Of a DNA stretch of 64,000 bases, positions 47,501 through 55,676 are shown in pieces (positions within the stretch are counted from its first letter, which is position 1; every line of letters starts with the position of its first letter). The stretch covers positions 201,295 through 265,294 of the forward strand of contig JBAZWB010000001.1 of assembly GCA_041660605.1 (NCBI GenBank), written 5' to 3'. Both the position numbers and the translations under genes were made by a program. The DNA comes from Patescibacteria group bacterium (lineage in GTDB: Bacteria > Patescibacteriota > Patescibacteriia > UBA10025 > JAHIVO01). Under the pieces are notes generated by a model. That model was not told the origin of the DNA. It ran no database searches and saw only the letters and a list, made by a program, of their open reading frames with translations.

Positions 47501-49845
47501 TATTGAGCACGCTTTACCAGAATCTGCCGACGCCGCTGGCTTTCGTATACCAAAGCTATGATAAAGCCCTGACTGCCAATGCGGAGGGCGGCGGCTGTTT
47601 CACCGGTGAGACGGAAATTCTCATGTCAGACGGCAGTAAAAAGAACATTGCAGATATTAAAATCGGCGATGAAGTGCTGACCAGGCGTTCGCCGCAGAGC
47701 GATGAGATGGCCGCGGCCAAAGTCACAAATAAGCTGGTGCACATGGTTGATTCTTATCTGACGATCAACGGGTTTCTCAATGTCACCCCGGAGCATATAG
47801 TTTATTTGAATGGTGATTGGCAGACAATCGGAACGGCGAAAATCGGCGATGAGCTCATGGATTATTCGGGCAATAAAATTGTCATTGAATCCATTGTCGC
47901 TCATCATCTGCCCACTGCCGTTTATAATTTGAAAATCCAGAATTACCATACTTTCATCGCCGACGGCATCTATGTGCACAATGAAAAGGGCGGCGGCCGG
48001 GAAAATTTCCAGGATATCGCTTATTTCGGCTCTGCGGAAACCGGCAGCGACGGCCAGGCTACTGTCCAATTCACCTTGCCGGATAACGTTACTTCCTGGC
48101 AGACCGCCGTTCACGCTTTAACCAAGGATCTGCAGGCAGACGCAACCCAGACAGCGGTCATCTCCACTTTGCCTTTCTTCGTTGATGTTTCCGCTTCTGC
48201 CAATTATCTGGTAGGCGATAAGCCGACCGTTAAATTAAGGAGCTTCGGCACAGGATTAAAAACCGGAGAAAATGTCATATATGACATAACTTACCCAGGC
48301 TTCAGCGAGGAGACCCAGACATTGCAGGGCGGAGCCGCGGATCCGGTGGAATTTACGCTTCCGGATTTTGCCGAAGGCGACCATTCGATCAAGGTCAAAG
48401 CCCACCAGGGCAATTCGGAAGATACGGTTACCAAAAAAATTATGTACCGCACTTCCAATATCACCACGGGGGTGACACGGCATTATCTGCTAGCGCCGCA
48501 GGTGCAGATAGAAGGCAGCAGCGCCGGCCGCACTAATCTGACGTTTGTCAGCGAGGACAGGGGGCAATATTATAATTACCTTAAATATTTGTCCTTCGCC
48601 GGCAGCGACAGGGTTGACCAGAAAGTCGCTAATTTTGCTTCCGCAAGTTTATTGAACCAATATTTCGGGGAAAATAACACGGCCGAAGCGATCAACTTCA
48701 CTGATTATCAGGTCGGGGAAGGGGGATTGTCATTACTGCCTTATTCTTCCGCAGATTTATTGTTAACTGCCAAAGCCATGGAAATGGCCGGCGACCAGTT
48801 TGACACCCAATTGGCGAAAAGCTATTTCCGGGGAATTCTGGATAATAAATCCAGCAATATAGATGAAGTCGCTTACGCGCTTTTTGGCCTGGCTAATCTG
48901 CATGAACCGGTACTGACTGACATTAATTTATTAATCGACAATAATGAAGTACCACCGGAGCTGATGCTCTACCTGGCCAGGGCCGTCTCCAACCTGGGCG
49001 CCACCGAATACGCCGCCACTCTGCTACAGCAGGTAATTAACGACCATGGCGTGCAGTCCGATCCTTATCTAAAAATAGATCTGGGCACCACGCAGGATGA
49101 CAATACTGAATACACCTATCAGGCGGCAATTTTGGCAGCGGCGGTTTCATCCGACCAGGCAGGCAAGCTTTTTGACTATGCTCAGGAAAATCCCGCCCGC
49201 GATCAGCTTAATGTTTTAGACGAGCTGGCTTACATTAAAACCAGCCTGCCTCTTTTGACAGACAATAAGGTCAGTTTTTCCTATACTTTGGGAGCTGAAA
49301 CTAAACCCATAGAATTAACCAACAATCAGGCACTGACGGTTTCCGTCACTCCGGAGCAGCTGCAGCAAATAACATTCAGCGCGATTGACGGCCAGGTTGG
49401 CGTGATCGCCTCTTATCAGCAGGCGGCTGATTGGCGTCAGCTGCCAACGGATAATTTAGTATCAGTCAAAAGGGAGTATCTGGTTAACGGCCAGGCCGTC
49501 ACGAAGTTCAATGAAAGCGATATTGTGCAGATAAACCTGACTCCCACTATCGCCGAAAAAGCGCTGGATAATGAATATCAGCTGACTGACTATCTGCCGG
49601 CAGGTCTGAAACTGCTGACCAATATTACTTCGCGCGGATTGGATTATGACCAGCAGCTGGGCTTCCCTTACGAGGTCAACGGTCAGGCGGTTAAATTCTG
49701 GACCGGCAAACCGGCCAAGGCATTCCACTATTACGCGATAGTCGTAGGCAAAGGCCAATATAAGGCTGAACCGGCGGAGATCCAGGGCTTTGTCGCCAAG
49801 GACAGCAGGAATTTCAGCCAGGCACTGGATATCACTATCAATTAA
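44587..49845 (+). CDS. Bacterial alpha-2-macroglobulin-family protein with N-terminal Ig-like domains and an internal Hint domain
   Basis: Signal anchor; Big_5-like repeats; YTNRTLYSP; DKKFYRPGE; AIDEA; RENF.D..YF; G.A.V.FTLPDN.TSW; TED-like YQ..EGG; D.LPAG; PA. Confidence 0.9.
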   Translation: MKKTLIIGVAAAVVIAGGIFAVVFINQPEKTPVKNNRTVPVIYTQADNQFTLKADKADALGVESDSTFTLSTKEPVSADLIKGNLAVEPKIAYKVQSSDSNTFSITPESALEKNTVYTFSVVAQAEGAATKREYQWAYQIKDNFKITGTLPRDKTANIPQNTGIEIIFSHENYTDFENFITITPQVSGRFEQHRKTLAFVPDSLAPGTLYTVLVKKGLPLSGSSDTLAEDYSFQFETDTQQAPQGGLSFSKDFFEYPSNEAPILTMQQYSDNPGEVQVEAFKYPTFEAFAEAVKSLDAVPYWAYYARRNSSYSTDGLISAVTFQAEVKQSDYQRYIEFPEQLSTGQYLIQITRDNNTAQAFLQVGNLTASYQGGKENSFIWAHSLDTQKPASGTTVSFSHDRQFTAKTDKEGLAEFASPALTTDESEGLTSTYYFTLDNNGEKLLLPVVNHYGTWMSSTASEDYWSYLYTNRTLYSPTDSIKFWGVIKSRSDKQEAQELQVRLVSYGYYYNEDSNPIIDQKTLPVSSFGTFTGSFDYANLNPGGYSIQVLAGGEEILSTWVDVATYTKPPYKIEVTTEKKAIFEGEDAVFNIKSAFFDGTPVANLDLEYTGALGSGQVKTDVNGQAQVTLQSSYTNAGYYPNYAYFSIHPVKSEISEISTDANIYTFGPHYDLQSTIDNDGLVSGSVHQVDLASINKEGGDFKWEYQGDPVANLNLGIKIYREYYTKTETGTFYDFINKKTNKTYNYDFHSDFTKESTAVSDKDGKFTYDFKAETNDNYKIEITATDAEGRQAKSYAYYYQGPRFYGYNSGYDNYYLITSQVAETENQPVYQPGQDITLNFNKNEELLAGADQKNFVYFKAQKNFFDIEVSKNPTIEFKYKDSYAPNIYAYGIYFDGRSYHLTDSLNMKYDTSLKKLNIDIQQDKKFYRPGEKVTMNLNVTDKDKRPVRAEVNISAIDEALAAIQWENPINILSTLYQNLPTPLAFVYQSYDKALTANAEGGGCFTGETEILMSDGSKKNIADIKIGDEVLTRRSPQSDEMAAAKVTNKLVHMVDSYLTINGFLNVTPEHIVYLNGDWQTIGTAKIGDELMDYSGNKIVIESIVAHHLPTAVYNLKIQNYHTFIADGIYVHNEKGGGRENFQDIAYFGSAETGSDGQATVQFTLPDNVTSWQTAVHALTKDLQADATQTAVISTLPFFVDVSASANYLVGDKPTVKLRSFGTGLKTGENVIYDITYPGFSEETQTLQGGAADPVEFTLPDFAEGDHSIKVKAHQGNSEDTVTKKIMYRTSNITTGVTRHYLLAPQVQIEGSSAGRTNLTFVSEDRGQYYNYLKYLSFAGSDRVDQKVANFASASLLNQYFGENNTAEAINFTDYQVGEGGLSLLPYSSADLLLTAKAMEMAGDQFDTQLAKSYFRGILDNKSSNIDEVAYALFGLANLHEPVLTDINLLIDNNEVPPELMLYLARAVSNLGATEYAATLLQQVINDHGVQSDPYLKIDLGTTQDDNTEYTYQAAILAAAVSSDQAGKLFDYAQENPARDQLNVLDELAYIKTSLPLLTDNKVSFSYTLGAETKPIELTNNQALTVSVTPEQLQQITFSAIDGQVGVIASYQQAADWRQLPTDNLVSVKREYLVNGQAVTKFNESDIVQINLTPTIAEKALDNEYQLTDYLPAGLKLLTNITSRGLDYDQQLGFPYEVNGQAVKFWTGKPAKAFHYYAIVVGKGQYKAEPAEIQGFVAKDSRNFSQALDITIN
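47596..47982 (+). other. Hint domain (bacterial intein-like), 129 aa, in frame within the macroglobulin
   Basis: Block A CFTGETEILMSDG; block B VTPEH; blocks F/G VYNL...YHTFIADGIYVHN; +1 residue is Glu. Confidence 0.92.
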
Positions 49846-49846
49846 A

Positions 49847-50767
49847 ATGAGAAAGAAATTCTTAATTTACTGCGGCCTTGTTTTTGCTGTCTTCGTGGCC
49901 GGTGCTGTCGGCTGGCATTTTAGCTCGGCAAAAATTAGGATGGATTCTGCAAATGATAATGCCCCGGCTTTAAAAGGCGCTGTAACTTTGGAAGTGAAAT
50001 ACTTCTATCAGCACCAGTTTGATTTATCCGTTCAAAAAGCGGAGAAAATGGAAAATAATTTTCCTGCGGCACCCATTCGCGGAGGCATTTTTCCCCATGA
50101 CATTACCCAGGGGCAGTTTATCGCGCATTTCTTCCAGGCGCTGGCCAAACAAAAACCTGAGCGCATTATAATTATCGGGCCCAACCACTTTGAGCTTAGC
50201 GGCAGCAATGTTATCACCACGCGCGCCAATTGGCAGACCGAATACGGTTTAGTCAAATCCGACCAGATGGCAGTCGCAAGGCTGTTGGAAAAGAGCGCTA
50301 TTACGCAAAACGACGATGTTGCCGCCAACGAGCATTCAATGGCGGCGATCATGCCTTTTGTTTCTTATTACTTGTCGGAGGCCACGGTTGTACCGATTAT
50401 ACTGAAGTCAGAAATCAATTTACAGGATATAAACGTCCTTTCAGACTTGATAAACGAAATTTCTGATAGCAAAACGGTGGTTGTCGCCTCGGTTGATTTT
50501 TCCCATTATCTTTCCGCCGCCCAGGCAGAACGAAATGACCAGGAAACGCTGGAAATGCTGCGGACTCTGGATTATAAAAAAATAATGTCATTCGGCCCCA
50601 GATTCAATGACTACGTTGATTCTCCGCCATCCATCGCTCTGCTGCTATATTGGCTGTCAGAAAATAATATAAAAGGATTCAGCCTGATAAATCACGCGAA
50701 TTCAGGAATATTGTCCGGCAATACGGCTGCCCCGACCACCAGCTATTTTGAGGCAGTTTATTTTTAA
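49847..50767 (+). CDS. AmmeMemoRadiSam protein B / Memo-like protein with a signal anchor
   Basis: PH, IIIGPNH, EHS, SVDFSHY, D.ET, VDS, TTSY. Starts 1 nt after the macroglobulin stop. Confidence 0.85.
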   Translation: MRKKFLIYCGLVFAVFVAGAVGWHFSSAKIRMDSANDNAPALKGAVTLEVKYFYQHQFDLSVQKAEKMENNFPAAPIRGGIFPHDITQGQFIAHFFQALAKQKPERIIIIGPNHFELSGSNVITTRANWQTEYGLVKSDQMAVARLLEKSAITQNDDVAANEHSMAAIMPFVSYYLSEATVVPIILKSEINLQDINVLSDLINEISDSKTVVVASVDFSHYLSAAQAERNDQETLEMLRTLDYKKIMSFGPRFNDYVDSPPSIALLLYWLSENNIKGFSLINHANSGILSGNTAAPTTSYFEAVYF

Positions 50768-50823
50768 TTATTACCAGTAGATAGGATGTATGGCGGCTTT
50801 ATTTTTCTAATTATAATCTTCAT

Positions 50824-51375
50824 ATGAAAGGTGCGACACATGCCGCTATCGGAGCAAATATGGCCTGGGTGCCGCTGTTATTCGGATTAACAGTTCAACC
50901 CTGGTTTACTATTGTCGGAGCGTTTGCCGCGCTCTTGCCGGATCTGGATGCCTCTGAATCAAAAATAAAAAATATTACGCTTGGCGGCAGAGTGGCTGGG
51001 ATCAAGGTCGGCTTCAAACCCCTGGCTCCGCTGGCCATGATCCTGTCCGGCATTTTCGGGCACCGCGGGGCTTTGCACTCGCTGTCTTTTGTTATTTTGG
51101 TAGCAATAGGTGCTGGTTTTCTGATTCCTCATTTTACTCTGTCATTATGGCTAGTGGTGGTTTTTGGTTATCTCAGCCATCTAATACTGGATAGCCTGAC
51201 CAAGTCAGGTGTGGAATTTTTCTGGCCCTATAAAAAGAATTTTGGGCTGTTACCGCATTGGCTGCGTCTGCACACCGGGGGTTTCTTTGATTATTTAATA
51301 ATGCTGATAGGATTTGCCGGCGTGATTTTATTTTTATATTATAATTTCAGCAATGTCCCTCTTCCATTGTTCTGA
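50824..51375 (+). CDS. YdjM-like membrane-bound metal-dependent hydrolase
   Basis: TH, LLPDLD, HRG..HS, SHL.LD.LT..G. Confidence 0.88.
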   Translation: MKGATHAAIGANMAWVPLLFGLTVQPWFTIVGAFAALLPDLDASESKIKNITLGGRVAGIKVGFKPLAPLAMILSGIFGHRGALHSLSFVILVAIGAGFLIPHFTLSLWLVVVFGYLSHLILDSLTKSGVEFFWPYKKNFGLLPHWLRLHTGGFFDYLIMLIGFAGVILFLYYNFSNVPLPLF

Positions 51376-51655
51376 TTGACACATTTGTTTATTTTTACTA
51401 AGTTTACGCCATTAGATCATTCATTTACAGTCGGAGGGAGACTCAGTGGCAACATTAGGCTTTCAATTTGCGTATTTGTCAGGCGGACGCCTTATCTGAC
51501 CTTGGCCAAGGACGAGTGGCTGACGTAATCAGCTTCCTTAACCTGGTTAAGGGAAAGGAGGCGTCTATGTCACGTGAAAACGGTGGCAGCTCTGATAGCA
51601 GCCGTTCATTCGGCGCTGGTTCAGATTGCTGATCGCCAGTCTGATGTAATGTCGC

Positions 51656-51693
51656 GAGGCGGAGCAGAGTGAGACTGCACCGCCTCTTTTTTT
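51656..51693 (+). terminator. Intrinsic terminator
   Basis: gaggcgg...ccgcctc followed by seven T. Confidence 0.7.
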
Positions 51694-51852
51694 ATTGCAG
51701 TATGATTTTTACAGTTTACCCATTGACAAAATAATAAATTCTGTTAAAATGGTCTGTTGCTTATAATCATATTAATATTGGTTATTTGCTAGATTGGATT
51801 GAACCTTTGACACTGAATTAGTAAACACGAACGTATACCAAGAGGAGTTATT

Positions 51853-52791
51853 ATGCGCAGAGGGTTTCTGTTTGTTCCAGTTGTGCTTGCAATACTTTTT
51901 TGCATAGCCATTATTTCTCTGTCCGTAATGGAGAGAACCTACAGAGTTGTCAGTCGTGATCAGCTGCTTGCTGAGGAGGTCGGCTATTCTTTGCCATCCT
52001 TTGGCCAGCAGTACTTTTGGGTGACTTACAATTACCCAAACAACTATTTTGCGGATACCGTTTTCATTGACTCGACTTCGAGTACTCATCTCTCGATCGT
52101 TAAGACCTACTCAATGAACAAGCTGCCGAATCAATTTACGGGGCTTATCTTTGACGGTGGAGTGCTTGTTAATCCGCCACACGATTCCAACCGGTATTAT
52201 TTCCAACTCGGCGACAGCAACTGGGCGTGGCTGCCAGCATTTGCGGTAACGAGTGACCCTCGCTTGACGCGACGCTGGCAAAAGATGGTAGATAGCCTGA
52301 TGGTATGGAAAAATCAAATGAGCTTGTATGATTTCGTAGGAAAAGCGGCTTGTACCTTGCCCCTGCCCGCAATGGTGACAGATACGATTGTAGAGCACAT
52401 CTGCCGTACCGTTGATCTACCTAAGCCATACCGGCCAAAGGATCTGATTAAGTCCCATGAGGTTTACAGAATCATGTCGGCCTATACTGCGCCAGCCCTG
52501 AATTATCAGAAAGGAAGGATTCGCGCCCAGCTTGCCGGCCACGAGATTACCAGGGACAGCCTGTCTACTATCCGTGCCGGTGATACATTGGTACAGTATT
52601 ACCATCATTTCCTGCCGATGGTGGATCAGCCGCTGGTGATGGTTGTGGAACAGGCATATGGCGACAGTTTGGCGCTAAGAACGGTCGCTCCAGTCTTTGG
52701 CGACCTGTTCCCGTATACAACGGTCGATACATGGTTTTCTCGTTTTGAGAGCAATTTGGAGTATCTTGCTCTAAGGCGAGCCGCAATTTAG
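51853..52791 (+). CDS. Hypothetical protein with an N-terminal signal or anchor
   Basis: gaggag RBS, upstream TTGACA...TAAAAT, downstream terminator. Confidence 0.7.
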   Translation: MRRGFLFVPVVLAILFCIAIISLSVMERTYRVVSRDQLLAEEVGYSLPSFGQQYFWVTYNYPNNYFADTVFIDSTSSTHLSIVKTYSMNKLPNQFTGLIFDGGVLVNPPHDSNRYYFQLGDSNWAWLPAFAVTSDPRLTRRWQKMVDSLMVWKNQMSLYDFVGKAACTLPLPAMVTDTIVEHICRTVDLPKPYRPKDLIKSHEVYRIMSAYTAPALNYQKGRIRAQLAGHEITRDSLSTIRAGDTLVQYYHHFLPMVDQPLVMVVEQAYGDSLALRTVAPVFGDLFPYTTVDTWFSRFESNLEYLALRRAAI

Positions 52792-52830
52792 CTCTTTGTT
52801 TCTTCAGGCAAATATCAGTAATGTAATTAC

Positions 52831-52861
52831 AAGCTGTACAGCCTTCTGTACAGCTTTTTTT
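52831..52861 (+). terminator. Intrinsic terminator
   Basis: aagctgtacag-cctt-ctgtacagctt followed by a T run. Confidence 0.75.
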
Positions 52862-52922
52862 GTTGACAATTTATTTATCAGCAGATAAACTAAAAGTTAA
52901 TAATCCAATATTTATTAATTTT

Positions 52923-53162
52923 ATGCCAGGAAAAAAGAATAAAACAACAAAAAAATCACCCAAGTCAAAGAAGATAAGCAAAAATATTTTGATCGGCGAA
53001 TTGCTTGAAAAATATCCCAAATCATTTGAAATATTGTCCAAGCACGGGTTTCACTGTATAGGCTGTTCAGTTTCTCCATACGAATCGCTGGCGGCCGGAG
53101 CGGCAGTGCATGGCATTCCCGTTGAGCCGCTGATTGAGGAATTAAATAAATCAATCAAATAG
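52923..53162 (+). CDS. DUF1858 domain protein
   Basis: I.E....YP, GFHCIGC, ESL..GA.VHG, L..ELN. Confidence 0.85.
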   Translation: MPGKKNKTTKKSPKSKKISKNILIGELLEKYPKSFEILSKHGFHCIGCSVSPYESLAAGAAVHGIPVEPLIEELNKSIK

Positions 53163-53268
53163 TTTTTTCTGGCCAGCCAGTTTGGTTGCTGGATTTTTTT
53201 GTTTTCATTGAATTAAACCAAAAAATCGGTTATAATCTATAATGAAAGTTTAAAGTTATTTATCCAAT

Positions 53269-54774
53269 ATGTCTTTTTATCTTAAGGCACGCAAGCTGGA
53301 CATCTCCTCAGGCGGCCAGCCCTGGGTGATAGTCCTCCAGGAACAGGAAGCGCGGTCTTTTGGCGTGGTCATGGGCGATCTGATAGAAATACGCTGGGGC
53401 CGGCAGAGAGCTATGGTCGTAGCCTATTATACCCGGCGCAAAGTCCAGCGCGGAGAGATCGGTTTTTTCCGCGAAATCTGGAAATACCGGCACGTGGCCA
53501 CCGGAGAGGCTGTGTCCATAAAAGTGCTGTCCCGTCCGCCGTCAATCGAGGCCATACGCAAGAAATTATTGGGCCAACCGATTACTTACCCGGAGATGCA
53601 TGCCATTATCAGCGATATAGTCCAGCATAAACTAGGCAGCGTGGAAATAACTTATTTCGTCGCTTCCAGCTTTATCAAGGATTTTTCTGATGAGGAGCTT
53701 TTTTATATGACTAAGGCTATGGCCGATACCGGCGAAACGCTGAAAATGCCGAGTAAAATTGTGGCTGACAAGCATTCTGTCGGCGGGGTGGCCGGCAATC
53801 GCACTACCATGGTGGTCATCCCCATTGTCGCCTCATACGGCGTCTGCATTCCCAAGACTTCCTCGCGGGCCATAACCTCGCCGGCCGGCACAGCCGATAC
53901 CATGGAGGTGCTGGCGCCGGTTTCCCTGCCAATAAAAAAGGTGGAACAGATTATCAAGGATATCAAGTGCTGTCTGATCTGGGGAGGCAGTTTTCGCCTG
54001 GCGCCGGCGGATGATTATATTATCCGCGTGCAGCATTCTATGGCCATTGAGCCGTTTGATAAGATGGTCGTCAGCATCATGTCGAAGAAGATCGCCATGG
54101 GCGTGACGCATCTGGTGGTTGATCTGCCCTACGGCCCGACGGTGAAGATTCAGAGCCGGCGCGATGCCCTGGAAGTAAAAAGAAAATTTCAATATCTGGC
54201 CAGGCGGTTTGGCATAAAGATAGAAGTGGTGCTGACGGAAACTAAGGAACCAGTGGGGCGGGGCATCGGCCCATCCCTGGAAGCACGGGATGTTTTGCGC
54301 GTCCTGCAGCAGAAAGATTATCGTCCGGCAGATCTGGCCAATAAGTCAATCAAACTTTCCGGCAAGCTGCTGGAACTGGTGGGCAAAGCGAAAAAAGGCA
54401 AAGGCCATATGCTGGCCGCAGAAGCTCTGGCTTCGGGCCGTGCCTGGAAAAAAATGCAGGAGATCATCAAAGCCCAGGGCGGCAAGCCCAACATTGATTC
54501 CGAAGATCTGACCATGGCGGCCATCCGGCACCGGTTTCACGCTCCGCACGCTGGACGCGTGGTCAGCATTGATGATAAAATGGTTGATCAGATAGCCCGT
54601 ACGCTTGGAGCGCCACACGAGAAATTAGCCGGAATCTACATCAATAAAAGAATAGGACAGAAAGTCCGCAAAGGTGAGCGACTTTTCACGCTCTACGCGC
54701 AGAATAAGGACCGCATTGATATGGCTTTGGCCGCTTTAAGGAAGAAATGGATATTTGATATTAAGAAAATTTAA
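53269..54774 (+). CDS. AMP phosphorylase / thymidine phosphorylase family protein (archaeal AMPpase-like)
   Basis: N-terminal extra domain, DKHS.GGV.GNRTT, PKTSSRAITSPAGTAD.MEVLA, P.G.GIGP.LEA. Confidence 0.88.
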   Translation: MSFYLKARKLDISSGGQPWVIVLQEQEARSFGVVMGDLIEIRWGRQRAMVVAYYTRRKVQRGEIGFFREIWKYRHVATGEAVSIKVLSRPPSIEAIRKKLLGQPITYPEMHAIISDIVQHKLGSVEITYFVASSFIKDFSDEELFYMTKAMADTGETLKMPSKIVADKHSVGGVAGNRTTMVVIPIVASYGVCIPKTSSRAITSPAGTADTMEVLAPVSLPIKKVEQIIKDIKCCLIWGGSFRLAPADDYIIRVQHSMAIEPFDKMVVSIMSKKIAMGVTHLVVDLPYGPTVKIQSRRDALEVKRKFQYLARRFGIKIEVVLTETKEPVGRGIGPSLEARDVLRVLQQKDYRPADLANKSIKLSGKLLELVGKAKKGKGHMLAAEALASGRAWKKMQEIIKAQGGKPNIDSEDLTMAAIRHRFHAPHAGRVVSIDDKMVDQIARTLGAPHEKLAGIYINKRIGQKVRKGERLFTLYAQNKDRIDMALAALRKKWIFDIKKI

Positions 54775-54780
54775 AAAATT

Positions 54781-54969
54781 ATGAAAAAACCAATTGTAAA
54801 TAAAGAATTATGCAGCGGCTGCGGCACGTGCGTCGCCCTGTGCCCAGACGCTTTTGAGCTGGATGAAGACGGTAAATCCCGCGTCATTGAACAGAGCGAT
54901 TATATTGATTTACCGATCCAGGAATGCATCGATAGCTGCCCGCAGCAAGCGATCAGCTGGAGCGAATAA
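54781..54969 (+). CDS. Ferredoxin
   Basis: CSGCGTCVALCP...CP. Confidence 0.9.
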   Translation: MKKPIVNKELCSGCGTCVALCPDAFELDEDGKSRVIEQSDYIDLPIQECIDSCPQQAISWSE

Positions 54970-55082
54970 AAAGAATTAGTAATAAAAATGCGCTTTTTAA
55001 CTGGGGCGCATTTGTGTTTAACCAAATATTGGCTCCGTCCGTTCATAGAATATTAATTATCGTAGCTGTATAATTAGCTAAG

Positions 55083-55110
55083 TGTAACGAAAAATAAGCC
55101 GTAACGATAT
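55083..55110 (+). promoter_or_regulatory. Possible ECF-type autoregulatory promoter
   Basis: TGTAAC-16-CGATAT directly before the ECF sigma gene. Confidence 0.4.
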
Positions 55111-55121
55111 AATAATTGAAC

Positions 55122-55676
55122 ATGCTTCAAGAAGGGGAAATCCAAAAATTGGTTGCCCGGGCGCAGTCAGGCCGGTCTGACAGCATATCAGGGATATATG
55201 AGGTTTTTAAAGACCGGATTTATCGCTTTTTTTTATTCCGTTCGGAAAACAGGGAAACAGCGGAAGATCTGACCCAGAGCGTATTTCTTGAAATGATTCG
55301 CTCCCTCCCACGATATAAGGAACAGAGCAACGCGAAATTTTCTACCTGGCTTTTCCAGATCGCCAGATTCAGATTGATAGATTATTACCGCAAAGCCAGG
55401 AAAAAGGTTAATTTAGACGACCTGGAAGGCGAAAGGCACCCCTCCCTGACAACAGAGCCAGAGGAAGTGGCAATAGATACCCGTTATGAAGCAGCGAGAA
55501 AGATTTTGAAAGAATTACCGGAAAAATACCAAACCGTTATTCATCTGACGATTATTGAGGAATTCAGCCTGGCCGAAACTGCAAAAATAATGTCAATCAC
55601 TATAATCAATGTCAGGGTCCTGAAATTCCGGGCGTTAAAAAAGATTCGTTTAATAATGGAACAAGATGAAAAATAA
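55122..55676 (+). CDS. ECF RNA polymerase sigma factor
   Basis: AEDLTQ.VF, FSTWLFQIAR..LIDYYR, LP..Y, E.A. Confidence 0.92.
   Translation: MLQEGEIQKLVARAQSGRSDSISGIYEVFKDRIYRFFLFRSENRETAEDLTQSVFLEMIRSLPRYKEQSNAKFSTWLFQIARFRLIDYYRKARKKVNLDDLEGERHPSLTTEPEEVAIDTRYEAARKILKELPEKYQTVIHLTIIEEFSLAETAKIMSITIINVRVLKFRALKKIRLIMEQDEK

Noticed and set aside
47596-47982. Canonical mobile intein
   Set aside because: The +1 residue is Glu rather than Cys/Ser/Thr, there is no homing endonuclease, and the host is a secreted protein.
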